Numbered from the stretch's first letter, positions 9,731 to 19,640 are shown. The stretch: DNA of 64,000 nucleotides from Tenericutes bacterium ADurb.Bin087 (GCA_002070905.1 MWEF01000005.1:1412-65411), one strand, 5' to 3'. The notes: generated by a model not told the origin, from the sequence alone. Made by a program: numbers and translations.

Positions 9731-10732
9731 TTAGCGAGTGTATATCTTATAAAATAAATTATAAATCGCTTCATTAAATGCCGCCGCGTTATAATTTTGT
9801 GTATATTCATACGCTTTTTCGGTTATTGCGTCTGTTTCTGCTTCTGTTCTAATTAAATAGGCCGCCCCATTATAATCATTAACAATATATGCTTTTGTTT
9901 CATCAATTATTTCTTTAAATATGACATTTTTACGTAAGATGAGCGGAACTTTTAGGTACATCGGTTCAAAGATTGTCATCACATTCATTTTGTCATAACC
10001 CAAATCAATAAAGTAACTTGCGCCGATTACGCCCATACGATACACGTCTTCGGGAATGAGTTTACTAACGATTAAATTTGGCGATGTAAGTTGATTCATA
10101 GTTTTTAAACGCACTTTATCAAGCAATGAAGTTCCGCCACTGATGAATGCATAAAAGTTATAGTTAGGTACAGCAGCGGCTAGGTCATTAAGTTGTTCAA
10201 TGTGTTCTCGCGCTTTAATATTTGTCACTGTTATCGCATACTTTTGATTATCACTAATACGGAAATAACGACGAAATACATCAGTTTTGCTCGATTTTAA
10301 CTCATCAATCCGTCTCGTATCGACCGCTCCATAAATTACAAAGATAGGAATTTTAACGCCAAGCTTTCGTAAAATAACACGCGCTTCTTGAGTGGGAACA
10401 ACAACGCCGTCCATCATATTAATTAATTCAAGTCGTGACAGCGGAATATATAATTCACCATCTTTTCTCGCTTCAATAACCCGTGCATAAGTATCATTAT
10501 TAGCGAAGAACATCCATAAAAGTGTTGGGATGCTTTCAGCGATTGCTTGTCTTATTACTTTAGAAGACTGACTATTTAAATTAATAAAATTAGCGATATC
10601 AATATCGGTGCTAAATTTAGTCACAACTGTGACATCGTCTTTTTGGCATGCTTTTTTTATTTGATATTCAAGCATAGCCCCTTCAAAGAAGACATCAATC
10701 TTTTTATGCGGAAACGAGATTAATATTTTCAT
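9731..10732 (-). CDS. hypothetical protein, weakly glycosyltransferase (GT-B/GT4)-like, translationally coupled to gyrA
   Basis: 333 aa. The ATG at 10732 lies 2 nt after the gyrA stop (10735-10737). MKILISFP at the N-terminus and the C-terminal stretch NLIVSKLIPEDVYRMGVIGASYFIDLGYDKMNVMTIFEPMYLKVPLIL loosely follow the GT4 pattern (E-x7-E region), but the motifs are degenerate. The assignment is tentative. Confidence 0.35.
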   Translation of the reverse strand: MKILISFPHKKIDVFFEGAMLEYQIKKACQKDDVTVVTKFSTDIDIANFINLNSQSSKVIRQAIAESIPTLLWMFFANNDTYARVIEARKDGELYIPLSRLELINMMDGVVVPTQEARVILRKLGVKIPIFVIYGAVDTRRIDELKSSKTDVFRRYFRISDNQKYAITVTNIKAREHIEQLNDLAAAVPNYNFYAFISGGTSLLDKVRLKTMNQLTSPNLIVSKLIPEDVYRMGVIGASYFIDLGYDKMNVMTIFEPMYLKVPLILRKNVIFKEIIDETKAYIVNDYNGAAYLIRTEAETDAITEKAYEYTQNYNAAAFNEAIYNLFYKIYTR

Positions 10733-10734
10733 AC

Positions 10735-13260
10735 TTATTCTTCGTGCTTACTTTCCTCTTCACCTTCATGGTCGTCTTCATCAAAGGCGATGCCTTTTTC
10801 GACAACTGCAAAGGAACTTACAACGTCGTCTGGGCGTAAGCGAATCACACGAACACCCATTGTATTGCGGCTTGTCGTGCTTATTTCTTTAAAGTTTGTG
10901 CGCACAACCATCCCGCTTGCAGTTGTGACAAATAAATCTTCGTCACCTTTAATCGCGCGAACGCCAGCAAGTGTACCAGTGCGCTTACTTTCTTTAATCG
11001 TAATAACACCTTTTGAACCACGCTTTGTTAAACGATAATCGTTCGCTGGTGTTAATTTACCATATCCTTTTGTCGTAAGCGCAAAGATTAAAGCGCCTTC
11101 TAAACTAGTTGTTACACCAACAACATAAGCTCCTTCATCAAGCCTGATGCCGCGAACACCTGCCGCCGTTCTGCCCATGGCGCGGACATCAGTTTCGTAG
11201 AAGCTAGCCATTTTACCATTGCTTGAGCCAATGCCAATTATTGCCGTACCATCAGTAATTTTTACATCCATTAATTCATCATCATCGCGTAAATCAATGG
11301 CTATTTTACCACTGACGTTGATGCGCGCAAATTCTGCTAAAGTTGTGCGTTTTGTGACGCCGTTACGTGTTACGTATAAGAGATAATGATCTTCATCATA
11401 CGTATCAGTCGATACAATTGCGCGAACCGCTTCTTCTTTTTCAATATTTAAAAGATTAATAACTGGTAAGCCTTTTCCTTCGCGGCGATATTGTGGAATT
11501 TGATAACCGCGTTTGCGGTATACCTTTCCTTTACTTGTAAAGAACAAGACATCGGTGTGCGTATTTGTGTGCAAGATAATGTCAACGATTTCTTCTTCTT
11601 TCGTCCGCATCCCTTTTACACCAACGCCGCCGCGTTTAATCGTTCTAAATTCTTCAGGATCAACGCGTTTAATATAGCCTTGGTTTGTGAGCATCACCAC
11701 GATATCTTCAACAGGAATTAAGTCTTCGTTATCAATATCTGCGAGATCATCACTAATCTCGGTGCGTCGTTCATCGCCATAGCGCACTTTAATTTCTTCT
11801 AACTCTTCAAGTACGACGTCAATCATATGTTCACGCGCACTTAAAATAAAGCGATATTTTTCAATGTTAGCGAGAAGTTGCTCACGTTCTTTATTTAATT
11901 TATCAATTTCAAGTCCAGTTAAGCGCCGTAATGTCATACTTAAAACTTCGCGTGTTTGAATTTCGCTAAACCCAAATCTTTCTATAAGCTTCAGACTTGC
12001 GTCTTCACCAGATTCACTGCTTTTAATGATGGCAACAATCTCGTCGATGTTATCCGTCGCCATTAAAAGCCCTTCGACAATATGGTCGCGTGCTTCGGCT
12101 TGCGCAAGTTGATATTCCGTGCGTCTGCGAATAATCTCGACTTGGAAGTTTAAATATTCAACGAGGAGTTCCTTCATATTTAAAATTCGTGGTGCTTTAT
12201 TAACTAAACATAAATTCGTAATTTTATATGATGTTTGTAATCTCGTTTGTTTGAGTAAGTTATTTAAGACTACTTCAGGCACGACATCGCGGCGTAATTC
12301 AATGACAACCCGAATCCCTTCTTTATTTGATTCGTCGCGAATATCAGTAATACCATCAATTTCTTTATCACGCACTAAACCAGCAATTTTTTCAATTTCC
12401 GCAGCTTTATTTAATTTATATGGTATCTCGTCAATAATAATCCAAGTTCTGTCACCCTTTGTTTCAAAGTGTGTTTTAGCGCGAACGATAATACTACCTT
12501 CACCAGTTTCAAAATAATCTAAAATACCTTTCCTTCCCAAAATACTTGCGCCTGTTGGAAAGTCTGGACCATGCATCCCGCTTTCAAAAATTTGCCGCGG
12601 TGTAACATCAGGGTTTTTAGCCACTAAGTTAATCGCGTCAATTGTTTCACTTAAATTGTGGGGCACCATATAAGTTGCCATCCCAACCGCAATCCCATCA
12701 CTCCCGTTAACAATTAAGTTTGGAAAGCGTGACGGTAATACTTCTGGTTCTTTTTCACTGCCGTCATAGTTTCCACCAAAATCAACAGTATTTAAGTTGA
12801 TGTCACGCACCATTTCGGTCGCAACTTTTTCCATCCGCGCTTCGGTATAACGCATCGCCGCAGCTTCGTCGCCGTCAATGCTACCAAAGTTACCGTGACC
12901 ATCAACCAGTGGGTAGCGTAAACTAAATGGTTGCGCCATTCTTACTAACGTTGAATAAATTGCTTGGTCACCATGTGGGTGATATTTACCCATGACATCC
13001 CCAACAATCCGTGCACTTTTCTTAAATGGTTTATCAGGTGTCATTCCTGATTCATACATCCCATACACTATCCGCCGATGTACTGGTTTAAATCCATCTC
13101 TTACATCAGGAATCGCCCGGCTAACAATAACCGACATTGCATAATCTAAAAATGATTTACGAACTTCATCAACGACATCAACAGGATGGACTCCACTGTC
13201 GATACCTTCTAATTCATGCTTTTCTTGTTCAAGCATATCTTTAATATTATCTTCTACCAT
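10735..13260 (-). CDS. gyrA: DNA gyrase subunit A
   Basis: Motifs include [20 protein letters not shown] (active-site Tyr) and C-terminal beta-pinwheel repeats. I prefer the start MVEDNIKD (ATG 13260), which follows AAGGAGG at about 13266-13272. The ORF-track start at 13281 would overlap gyrB. Confidence 0.95.
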   Translation of the reverse strand: MVEDNIKDMLEQEKHELEGIDSGVHPVDVVDEVRKSFLDYAMSVIVSRAIPDVRDGFKPVHRRIVYGMYESGMTPDKPFKKSARIVGDVMGKYHPHGDQAIYSTLVRMAQPFSLRYPLVDGHGNFGSIDGDEAAAMRYTEARMEKVATEMVRDINLNTVDFGGNYDGSEKEPEVLPSRFPNLIVNGSDGIAVGMATYMVPHNLSETIDAINLVAKNPDVTPRQIFESGMHGPDFPTGASILGRKGILDYFETGEGSIIVRAKTHFETKGDRTWIIIDEIPYKLNKAAEIEKIAGLVRDKEIDGITDIRDESNKEGIRVVIELRRDVVPEVVLNNLLKQTRLQTSYKITNLCLVNKAPRILNMKELLVEYLNFQVEIIRRRTEYQLAQAEARDHIVEGLLMATDNIDEIVAIIKSSESGEDASLKLIERFGFSEIQTREVLSMTLRRLTGLEIDKLNKEREQLLANIEKYRFILSAREHMIDVVLEELEEIKVRYGDERRTEISDDLADIDNEDLIPVEDIVVMLTNQGYIKRVDPEEFRTIKRGGVGVKGMRTKEEEIVDIILHTNTHTDVLFFTSKGKVYRKRGYQIPQYRREGKGLPVINLLNIEKEEAVRAIVSTDTYDEDHYLLYVTRNGVTKRTTLAEFARINVSGKIAIDLRDDDELMDVKITDGTAIIGIGSSNGKMASFYETDVRAMGRTAAGVRGIRLDEGAYVVGVTTSLEGALIFALTTKGYGKLTPANDYRLTKRGSKGVITIKESKRTGTLAGVRAIKGDEDLFVTTASGMVVRTNFKEISTTSRNTMGVRVIRLRPDDVVSSFAVVEKGIAFDEDDHEGEEESKHEE

Positions 13261-13270
13261 GGTGTCCTCC

Positions 13271-15271
13271 TTATACGTCAAGGTTTTTCACAAAGAGCGC
13301 GTTTTCATTAATAAACTCTTTGCGTGGTTCAACCTTTTCGCCCATTAAATCTTCAAACACTTGATCAGCTTCAATCGCGTCTTCAATATGTACTTTTAGT
13401 AATTTACGGTTCGCGGGATCCATTGTTGTTTCCCACAATTGATGTGCATCCATTTCCCCTAACCCTTTATAGCGTTGGAATGGATAACCTGGCCGTAAAT
13501 CTAAATCTTTTTTTAATTCTTCTAATTGTTCATCGTTATAGCAATAATATTGTTTGCCCCGATATTCAACTTTATAAAGCGGTGGTTGGGCAATATAAAC
13601 AAAGCCATTTTGAATAAGTGGACGCATAAACCGATTAAAGAATGTTAGAAGTAAAACACGAATATGACTACCATCAACATCCGCATCTGTCATAATAATA
13701 ATTTTGTGATATCGTGCTTTAGTTATGTCGAATTCTTCGGCAATTCCTGCGCCAATTGCTTGAATCATGTTCCCAATTTCGGCGTTTTCATAGATTCTAG
13801 TTTCTTGCGCTTTTTGCACGTTTAAGATTTTTCCGCGTAGTGGTAATATTGCTTGTGTGTGGCGATTACGACCGTTTTTCGCACTACCGCCCGCACTATT
13901 ACCTTCAACGATAAATAGTTCACTTTCTTCTGGATTCCGACTGCTACAATCAGCAAGTTTACCAGGTAATGTTGTAAATTCAATTCCATCTTTACGACGC
14001 ACACCTTCACGCGCTAACGTGGCCGCTCTGCGCGCTTTGGAAGAGAGCGAAATTTTATCTAAAATGAGTTTTGCTTCATTGGGATTTTCAAGTAAGTATT
14101 CTTCTAATTTTTCACCCAACACCTGACTAACAACAGCGCGTGTATCGGTGTTTCCTAGTTTGCCTTTTGTTTGCCCTTCAAATTGTGGGTTTGGATGCTT
14201 AACTGAAATAATCGCTGTCATTCCTTCTACAACGTCTTCATAAGTGAAACGATCATCTTCGTTCTTATGAATCTTTGCTTCTTTGGCGTAATTATTAAAC
14301 ACACGCCCGACCGCAAGTCGGAAACCTTGCTCATGTGTACCGCCATCAATTGTTTGAATGTTATTCGCAAACGAGAAAATTGTTTCTTTATATTCAGTAG
14401 TGTATTGAATCGCTACTTCCACTAAAATGTGACTTTTTTGACCAGCTATTTCAACGTCGCCCTTGCCTTCAATAAAAATAACATCTGGTGTAATTGGTGT
14501 ACGGTTTTTATTAATATGCCCTACGTATTCGGCAATACCGCCTTCATAATAAAATTCTTCACGTTTAAGTTCTTCGCCACGACGGTCTTCAACATTAATG
14601 CGAATACCGCGATTTAAATAAGCCATTTGTCGTAGTCTGGTGCTAATTGTTTTATAATCAAATTCCACTGATTCAGTAAAGATAAGTGGATCAGGTTTAA
14701 AGGTTACTCTTGTTCCGCGTTTTTTCGTTGGTCCTACTTTTTTTAATTCGCCTTCAGTGTGACCGCCATTATTAAACGCTAAATAATATTCTTCACCATC
14801 TTTAAAGACGTTAACTTCCACTCGTTCACTAAGTGCATTGACAACCGCCGCACCAACGCCGTGGAGACCACCAGCGACTTGATAAGCACCTTTTCCGAAT
14901 TTACCACCAGCGTGCAGTACCGTAAAGATTGTTTCCACTGCTGTTTTTCCGGTTTGTGAAACAATGCCTGTCGGCATTCCGCGGCCATTATCAGCAACTG
15001 TTACAGACCCGTCTGTGTTAATTGAAACATCAATTGTTGTACAGAACCCCGCTAACGCTTCGTCAACGGCGTTATCAACAATTTCCCACACTAGATGGTG
15101 GAGCCCAGGAAGGCCTGTTGTGCCGATATACATCCCTGGCCGTTGCCGCACAGCTTGCAGTCCTTCTAACACTTGGATGTCTTCAGCGGTGTAGCTTTCG
15201 CGGGCACGCATTTCTTGTTTAGCTTGTTCTAATTCTTCATCTACTATTTTATGCTTTTTCTCATCACTCAT
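13271..15271 (-). CDS. gyrB: DNA gyrase subunit B
   Basis: 666 aa with GHKL ATPase motifs ([22 protein letters not shown]), Toprim [19 protein letters not shown] and [12 protein letters not shown]. The start overlaps the recF stop (TAATG) and follows an AAGGAGG RBS. Confidence 0.97.
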   Translation of the reverse strand: MSDEKKHKIVDEELEQAKQEMRARESYTAEDIQVLEGLQAVRQRPGMYIGTTGLPGLHHLVWEIVDNAVDEALAGFCTTIDVSINTDGSVTVADNGRGMPTGIVSQTGKTAVETIFTVLHAGGKFGKGAYQVAGGLHGVGAAVVNALSERVEVNVFKDGEEYYLAFNNGGHTEGELKKVGPTKKRGTRVTFKPDPLIFTESVEFDYKTISTRLRQMAYLNRGIRINVEDRRGEELKREEFYYEGGIAEYVGHINKNRTPITPDVIFIEGKGDVEIAGQKSHILVEVAIQYTTEYKETIFSFANNIQTIDGGTHEQGFRLAVGRVFNNYAKEAKIHKNEDDRFTYEDVVEGMTAIISVKHPNPQFEGQTKGKLGNTDTRAVVSQVLGEKLEEYLLENPNEAKLILDKISLSSKARRAATLAREGVRRKDGIEFTTLPGKLADCSSRNPEESELFIVEGNSAGGSAKNGRNRHTQAILPLRGKILNVQKAQETRIYENAEIGNMIQAIGAGIAEEFDITKARYHKIIIMTDADVDGSHIRVLLLTFFNRFMRPLIQNGFVYIAQPPLYKVEYRGKQYYCYNDEQLEELKKDLDLRPGYPFQRYKGLGEMDAHQLWETTMDPANRKLLKVHIEDAIEADQVFEDLMGEKVEPRKEFINENALFVKNLDV

Positions 15272-16344
15272 TAGATGATCCTCCTTAATTCGCGCTCTGC
15301 TGTTACTTCATAAATCGCATGAGCGTGGTTGTCATATTGTGTTGCGGTAATAAATGCTTGAGTGCAGGTGAGTAATAACTCTATTAATCGTTCTTGATGC
15401 CCTTTGTCTAATTCACTTAAGACATCATCAAGAATAATAATCGGTTTTTTGTGCAAGTCTTTCTCTAAAAAGTATGGTGCTAACGCTAAGGCAATTACAA
15501 TTAAGCGTTTTTGTCCTTGCGAAGCGTGTTCTTTAACGGCGTGTCCGTTAATTGTGGCAATTAAGTCATCGCGATGCGGCCCAAGTGTTGTACTTTCTAA
15601 TACACTTTCTTTAGTGCGCGCTTCTTTTAAATTTTTGAGCCCGTTTTTCTCAATATTGGCGACGCTTCCGAGCGATGATTCATACATTAAGCGTACATTT
15701 AGCCGTTCATCACTTAATTTTAAGAGCACTTCGTTTACTGTTTTATTTAATTCGCGAATAAACTTTGTGCGCTTTTCCACTATCGTTTTCGCTAATTCAA
15801 CAAAGAGTTTGTCAATGATGTCAAGTGCTTCATCGTTTTCGTTTTCTTTTAATAGTGCATTTCTTTCTTTTAGGATTTTTTCATACCGCACAAGCGTTGT
15901 TAGATATACTTCATCCCCACTACTTAAGTTTGAATCAAGAAACCTTCTTCTTTTCGTCGGACTAGCGTCGAAGAATAGTACATCTTCTGGTTCGAAAGTT
16001 GTTGTTCGAACATAGCGACTTAATTGCGACACCTTAGGCAACACTTTCCCATTTATCAGCACCCTTTTACTACGCGGATTTAGTTCAATGCTAATGTCTG
16101 TGCGACTAGGAATGTGAACCGTTGCGCTAATAATTGCTTTCGGGGCTTCGTGCCTAATTAGTGCTTTCGTCTCGTTTGTACGAAAGCTCTTAGCGAAGGC
16201 AAAGAGATGAATTGCTTCAACGACATTTGTCTTACCAGCACCATTATCGCCAACAATGACATTAAGTCCGCTGGTGAAGATGACGTTAAGTTTTGGGTAG
16301 TTGCGATAATTTAATAATTCAAGATCACTAATTAACATCTTCAA
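15271..16344 (-). CDS. recF: DNA replication and repair protein RecF
   Basis: 357 aa with Walker A GDNGAGKTNVVEA, the SMC-like signature SQGQKRL and Walker B IIILDDVLSELD. Its position between yaaA and gyrB matches Bacillus. Confidence 0.93.
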   Translation of the reverse strand: MKMLISDLELLNYRNYPKLNVIFTSGLNVIVGDNGAGKTNVVEAIHLFAFAKSFRTNETKALIRHEAPKAIISATVHIPSRTDISIELNPRSKRVLINGKVLPKVSQLSRYVRTTTFEPEDVLFFDASPTKRRRFLDSNLSSGDEVYLTTLVRYEKILKERNALLKENENDEALDIIDKLFVELAKTIVEKRTKFIRELNKTVNEVLLKLSDERLNVRLMYESSLGSVANIEKNGLKNLKEARTKESVLESTTLGPHRDDLIATINGHAVKEHASQGQKRLIVIALALAPYFLEKDLHKKPIIILDDVLSELDKGHQERLIELLLTCTQAFITATQYDNHAHAIYEVTAERELRRII

Positions 16345-16531
16345 CGACTACCTTTTGTTTTAAGTACGTTATTGTCTCGCCGCCATAAAGCTTGCGACCA
16401 CGTCTTGTTTCCACAACTTCATCAACTTTTACTTCACCATTTTGAATCACAAACTTCGCATGGCCCCCTGTTTGCACAAGGCCATATTTCTTTAATGCTT
16501 GTTGTAAAGTTAGATAAGGTTTTGTTTCCAC
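16328..16531 (-). CDS. yaaA: S4-domain RNA-binding protein YaaA
   Basis: 67 aa reading ITLQQALKKYGLVQTGGHAKFVIQNGEVKVDEVVETRRGRKL. It has a GTG start at 16531 after AAGGAGAA, and the conserved dnaN-yaaA-recF position. Confidence 0.8.
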   Translation of the reverse strand: METKPYLTLQQALKKYGLVQTGGHAKFVIQNGEVKVDEVVETRRGRKLYGGETITYLKQKVVVEDVN

Positions 16532-16560
16532 TACCGCGTTCTCCTTGCCGCTCTGAAAGT

Positions 16561-16569
16561 ATTATATCA
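16561..16569 (-). promoter_or_regulatory. extended -10 promoter (TGaTATAAT) for yaaA-recF-gyrB-gyrA
   Basis: Plus-strand attatatca reads TGATATAAT on the minus strand. It lies directly downstream of the dnaN terminator and about 30 nt upstream of the yaaA start. Confidence 0.55.
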
Positions 16570-16601
16570 TAAAAAAGAAAAGGGAATATAAATATTCCCT
16601 T
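16570..16601 (-). terminator. rho-independent terminator downstream of dnaN
   Basis: A perfect 9-bp stem AAGGGAAUA/UAUUCCCUU (16580-16601) with a 4-nt loop is followed on the minus strand by UUCUUUUUUAU. Confidence 0.75.
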
Positions 16602-16700
16602 GAATACACTAATTTTTATGCCCCTAGAACGACTTTTGCTGATTTTGCGAGGATTTACTCTAATTTACATTATTTTTCGCTCTAAATGGCTCTAATTTAG

Positions 16701-17834
16701 TTAGGTTCGTACTGGTGTTACAATTAACACAAGTGAATCATCAGTGGCGACTCTGATGCTAAATGGTTTATGTCCACCATTAAATCCAATGGTCACATCT
16801 TCAGCGCCTGTTGCTTTAATTGCCGAACTAACGAGTGTGTAGTTAAATGAAATTTCAAGCGGTTCACCAACATATTTACAAAGCGCAACTTCTTCGCGGG
16901 CACTTTCGGCACTGAAGTTTGAACGCGCCGACACGACAACGCTTTCTGGACTTAAGGATAGTTTCACAATGTTATCTTTTTCCGCAGCGTACAAAATTGA
17001 TACACGATCCATCGCTTTTAAAAGTTCATTCGCGTTCGCTTCTAAGAAACTCGCGTGTGTTTTTGGAATAATGCTCCGTGTTGGTGGATATTCACCGGCG
17101 ACAAGCCGCGAAACGACGAGTGTATCATCAAACATGAAATTAATTTTATTCGCTGAAGCGCTAACTTCGATTGTTTCAACGCCGACCATTGATTCAAGTA
17201 ATTTAGCGATTTCGTTCATAATTCTAGCGGGCACATTAGCGACAAAGGACACGTTATCTTTTAAGGTGACAACTTTATTGGCGAGCCGCGCACTATCAGT
17301 GGCCACGGCGGTTAAAGTACCGTTGATGGCGTTTAAGTTTAGCGCCGTTAAGATTGGGCGTTGTTCTCTTACACTCGCGGCAAAGGATGTTTGATCAACG
17401 AGTTTAACAAAGTCTTTAGCGCCTATTTCAAAAATCGTGCCATCTTGACTTAAATCAATATCAGGATAGTCTTTTGAATCAATCGCACCAAGTCGATATT
17501 CTGTGCGCCCATCACTAATTTGTGCGATGGTACGGTCAATAATTTCGACATCAATTTCATTCCCTTCCATTTTTCTTATCGATTCGTTAAGTGTTTTACT
17601 TGAGATTAATGTTTCTCCAGGTAAGAACATGCGAATCACTTCAAGGTCATTAACACGCATTGGGATGTGGGTGCGAATTGCCAGTTCATTACTTGACCCA
17701 AGCAGTGTTAATCCTGTTTCATCTAATGATAATAAAATGTTTCCTAAAATGGGGATTGGTGACTTCGCTAATGTCGGTCTTGAGGCAATCGATAAGCCTT
17801 TTAGAAATTGTTCACGATTGATCTTGAATTTCAT
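16701..17834 (-). CDS. dnaN: DNA polymerase III beta sliding clamp
   Basis: 377 aa beginning MKFKINREQFLKGL, with three-domain clamp length. It lies immediately downstream of dnaA and follows an AAAGGAA RBS. Confidence 0.93.
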   Translation of the reverse strand: MKFKINREQFLKGLSIASRPTLAKSPIPILGNILLSLDETGLTLLGSSNELAIRTHIPMRVNDLEVIRMFLPGETLISSKTLNESIRKMEGNEIDVEIIDRTIAQISDGRTEYRLGAIDSKDYPDIDLSQDGTIFEIGAKDFVKLVDQTSFAASVREQRPILTALNLNAINGTLTAVATDSARLANKVVTLKDNVSFVANVPARIMNEIAKLLESMVGVETIEVSASANKINFMFDDTLVVSRLVAGEYPPTRSIIPKTHASFLEANANELLKAMDRVSILYAAEKDNIVKLSLSPESVVVSARSNFSAESAREEVALCKYVGEPLEISFNYTLVSSAIKATGAEDVTIGFNGGHKPFSIRVATDDSLVLIVTPVRT

Positions 17835-17962
17835 AATACTATTTAATTCCTTTCATATTTAATGATAATAATAAGGGCTGTGGAGACTGTGGATAACGCC
17901 AAGAGAAAGCTTTTTCACTTTGTCTAATTTTAACACAGAAGCAAATTCTTTATTATATAAAT
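17835..17962. other. oriC part 2 (dnaA-dnaN spacer): tandem DnaA boxes, a GC cluster, DnaA-trio-like repeats and AT-rich DNA
   Basis: The plus strand reads TAA TGA TAA TAA TAA (17860-17874), GGGC (17875-17878), TGTGGAGAC (17879-17887, 2 mismatches) and TGTGGATAA (17888-17896, a perfect TTATCCACA on the minus strand). AT-rich sequence flanks both sides. Confidence 0.7.
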
Positions 17963-19318
17963 CTATTGTAAACGCTCTTTTATTTCATTTATTGCTTGAA
18001 TTAAAGCGGGATCTTCTTTCAACTCTTTTTCCACTTTTGTGATAGCGTTAATCACAGTGCTGTGGTCTTTTCCCCCAAAGGCCTTGCCAATGCGCGCAAA
18101 CGGAAGGTCTAAAATCTCGCGCGTTAAGTACATTCCAATGTGCCGCGCAAGTGCGACTTGGCTCGTGCGATTGCGACCAATTAAAAGCGCGGGAGTAAGG
18201 TTGTAGTAATCAGCGACAACGTTAATTATTTTTGTTTCACTTAATTTTGTAACGGCATCTTTCACATTGATTAAAGATTGAACACTATTAAGTGCAACTT
18301 CCATTGTGACGTGTTTAGTTGGCGCGATACTTACAACATAAAATAGTAAGCGATTAAGTGCACCTTCAAGTTCACGGACGTTGTTAGTAAAGTTTTCCGC
18401 AAAGAAAGTGATAACTTCTTCGTCGAAATCATCAATATTTAAATTATTTAATGAAATTTTCATTCTTAAGATGTCTTTTCTTGTTTCTAAGTCTGGTGTT
18501 GAGATACTTATTTGTAACCCAGAGTTGAAACGTGTCACTAATCGTTCTTCGATTCCTTTTAGTTCGCTTGGGTGTCGATCACTAGTGAGCACAATTTGTT
18601 TGCCAGACCCCACTAATAAGTTAAAAAGATGGAAAAAAGTTTCGCTTGTTGATTTCTTATCCGCTAAAAATTGCACATCATCCATTAATAAAACATCAAC
18701 GGTGCGGAAAAAGTCTTTGAGTGAGCCACCTGGATTATCGCGGACAAAACGGATAAATTCGTCAGTAAATTCATCAGCGGTAATGTATAGAACTTTAAGA
18801 TTTGGCGAATTTTGCTTAACGTGATTACCAATTGCGTGTAAAAGGTGGGTTTTTCCTAAACCAGAAGCGCTATAGAGAAAAAGCGGGTTATATAATTTAC
18901 CTGGTGAATTAGCGACGACAACCGAAGCTTGAAAAGCCTCTAAATTACTTGTATTGCCAACAACAAAATTATCAAATGTTAAATTAGGATTAACTTTAGC
19001 GTTTTTAAAAAACGTTTCTTTCTTTTCACTAATAATTTCACTAACACGTGGTATTTCACTTTTTTCAATAAAGGTAACTTGATAATTAGATTGCGTAATT
19101 TCGGCAAGTGTTTCTTCTATAACATCACGATAATTCGTGTTTAACATCGTTTTTGAAAACCCTGAGTTAGCAATAACGGTAATAACACCATTATTGATAG
19201 AGTGGATATAAGTATCAGGGAAGAACGCCCCATAAACCTTTCGATCTTGGATTTTTTCTTGGAGCTTAATCAGCGTCCGATCCCAAATCTGGGTGATTTC
19301 AGATATTGACCTATTCAT
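17963..19318 (-). CDS. dnaA: chromosomal replication initiator protein DnaA
   Basis: 451 aa with AAA+ Walker A SGLGKTHLLHAIGN, Walker B LLMDDVQFL, and the domain IV motif GGKDHSTVINA. Confidence 0.97.
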   Translation of the reverse strand: MNRSISEITQIWDRTLIKLQEKIQDRKVYGAFFPDTYIHSINNGVITVIANSGFSKTMLNTNYRDVIEETLAEITQSNYQVTFIEKSEIPRVSEIISEKKETFFKNAKVNPNLTFDNFVVGNTSNLEAFQASVVVANSPGKLYNPLFLYSASGLGKTHLLHAIGNHVKQNSPNLKVLYITADEFTDEFIRFVRDNPGGSLKDFFRTVDVLLMDDVQFLADKKSTSETFFHLFNLLVGSGKQIVLTSDRHPSELKGIEERLVTRFNSGLQISISTPDLETRKDILRMKISLNNLNIDDFDEEVITFFAENFTNNVRELEGALNRLLFYVVSIAPTKHVTMEVALNSVQSLINVKDAVTKLSETKIINVVADYYNLTPALLIGRNRTSQVALARHIGMYLTREILDLPFARIGKAFGGKDHSTVINAITKVEKELKEDPALIQAINEIKERLQ

Positions 19319-19640
19319 AAACTATTTGCCTCCGCAATCTTTAGCAATAATTTAACATAATTGTGATAAAAATAAAGCAATAAGGAGTATAGATTTTTTT
19401 GTCCACAATTTGCCTTGAATAAAAATGCGATTTTATGCAGTTATCCACCAAATCCACAAAATTATAGCGTGGAAAGTGTTGTGGAAAACTTTTTCCTTGT
19501 GGATAATGTGGACTTTTATTGCGGTTATTCACAATTGTTAAAAATTATCCACAGTGTTTTAGTGTCGTATAATCGCGCTTTTTAACTTATTAAACACTTC
19601 CATATGCTTTTTCCACACAAAAGTGGATATTTTTCAAACA
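19319..19640. other. oriC part 1: DnaA-box cluster between dnaA and rpmH
   Basis: Perfect TTATCCACA boxes lie at 19545-19553 (+) and 19498-19506 (-). One-mismatch boxes lie at 19399-19407, 19441-19449, 19525-19533 and 19609-19617 (+), and at 19480-19488 (-). Two-mismatch boxes lie at 19451-19459 (+), 19507-19515 (-) and 19622-19630 (-). Gene orientation switches here. Confidence 0.85.

Noticed and set aside
9466-9810. 114-aa minus-strand ORF spanning the serS upstream region
   Set aside because: It overlaps the T-box leader (Stem I, specifier, T-box sequence, terminator) and the 3' end of the 333-aa gene. The RNA element explains the sequence better.
15404-16015. 203-aa plus-strand ORF antisense to recF. 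Similar long antisense ORFs occur at 27602-28126 (vs mnmE), 12119-12517 (vs gyrA), 16969-17394 and 17503-17862 (vs dnaN), 18381-18824 (vs dnaA) and 34602-34919 (vs ppdK).
   Set aside because: All are embedded opposite strongly supported conserved genes. They are Ser/Phe/Leu-rich with no recognisable motifs or start signals. These are typical shadow ORFs.
16618-16695. 25-codon hydrophobic plus-strand ORF (MPLERLLLILRGFTLIYIIFRSKWL) as a type I toxin-like peptide
   Set aside because: It has no SD, no promoter and no obvious antitoxin RNA arrangement. It is short enough to arise by chance, and it is mentioned only under the 3' UTR repeat finding.
19341-19532. 63-aa ORF in the dnaA-rpmH spacer, and the 75-aa ORF at 19823-20050 antisense to rpmH/rnpA
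   Set aside because: The first is composed of the DnaA-box cluster. The second is antisense to the canonical L34 gene. Neither has an RBS.
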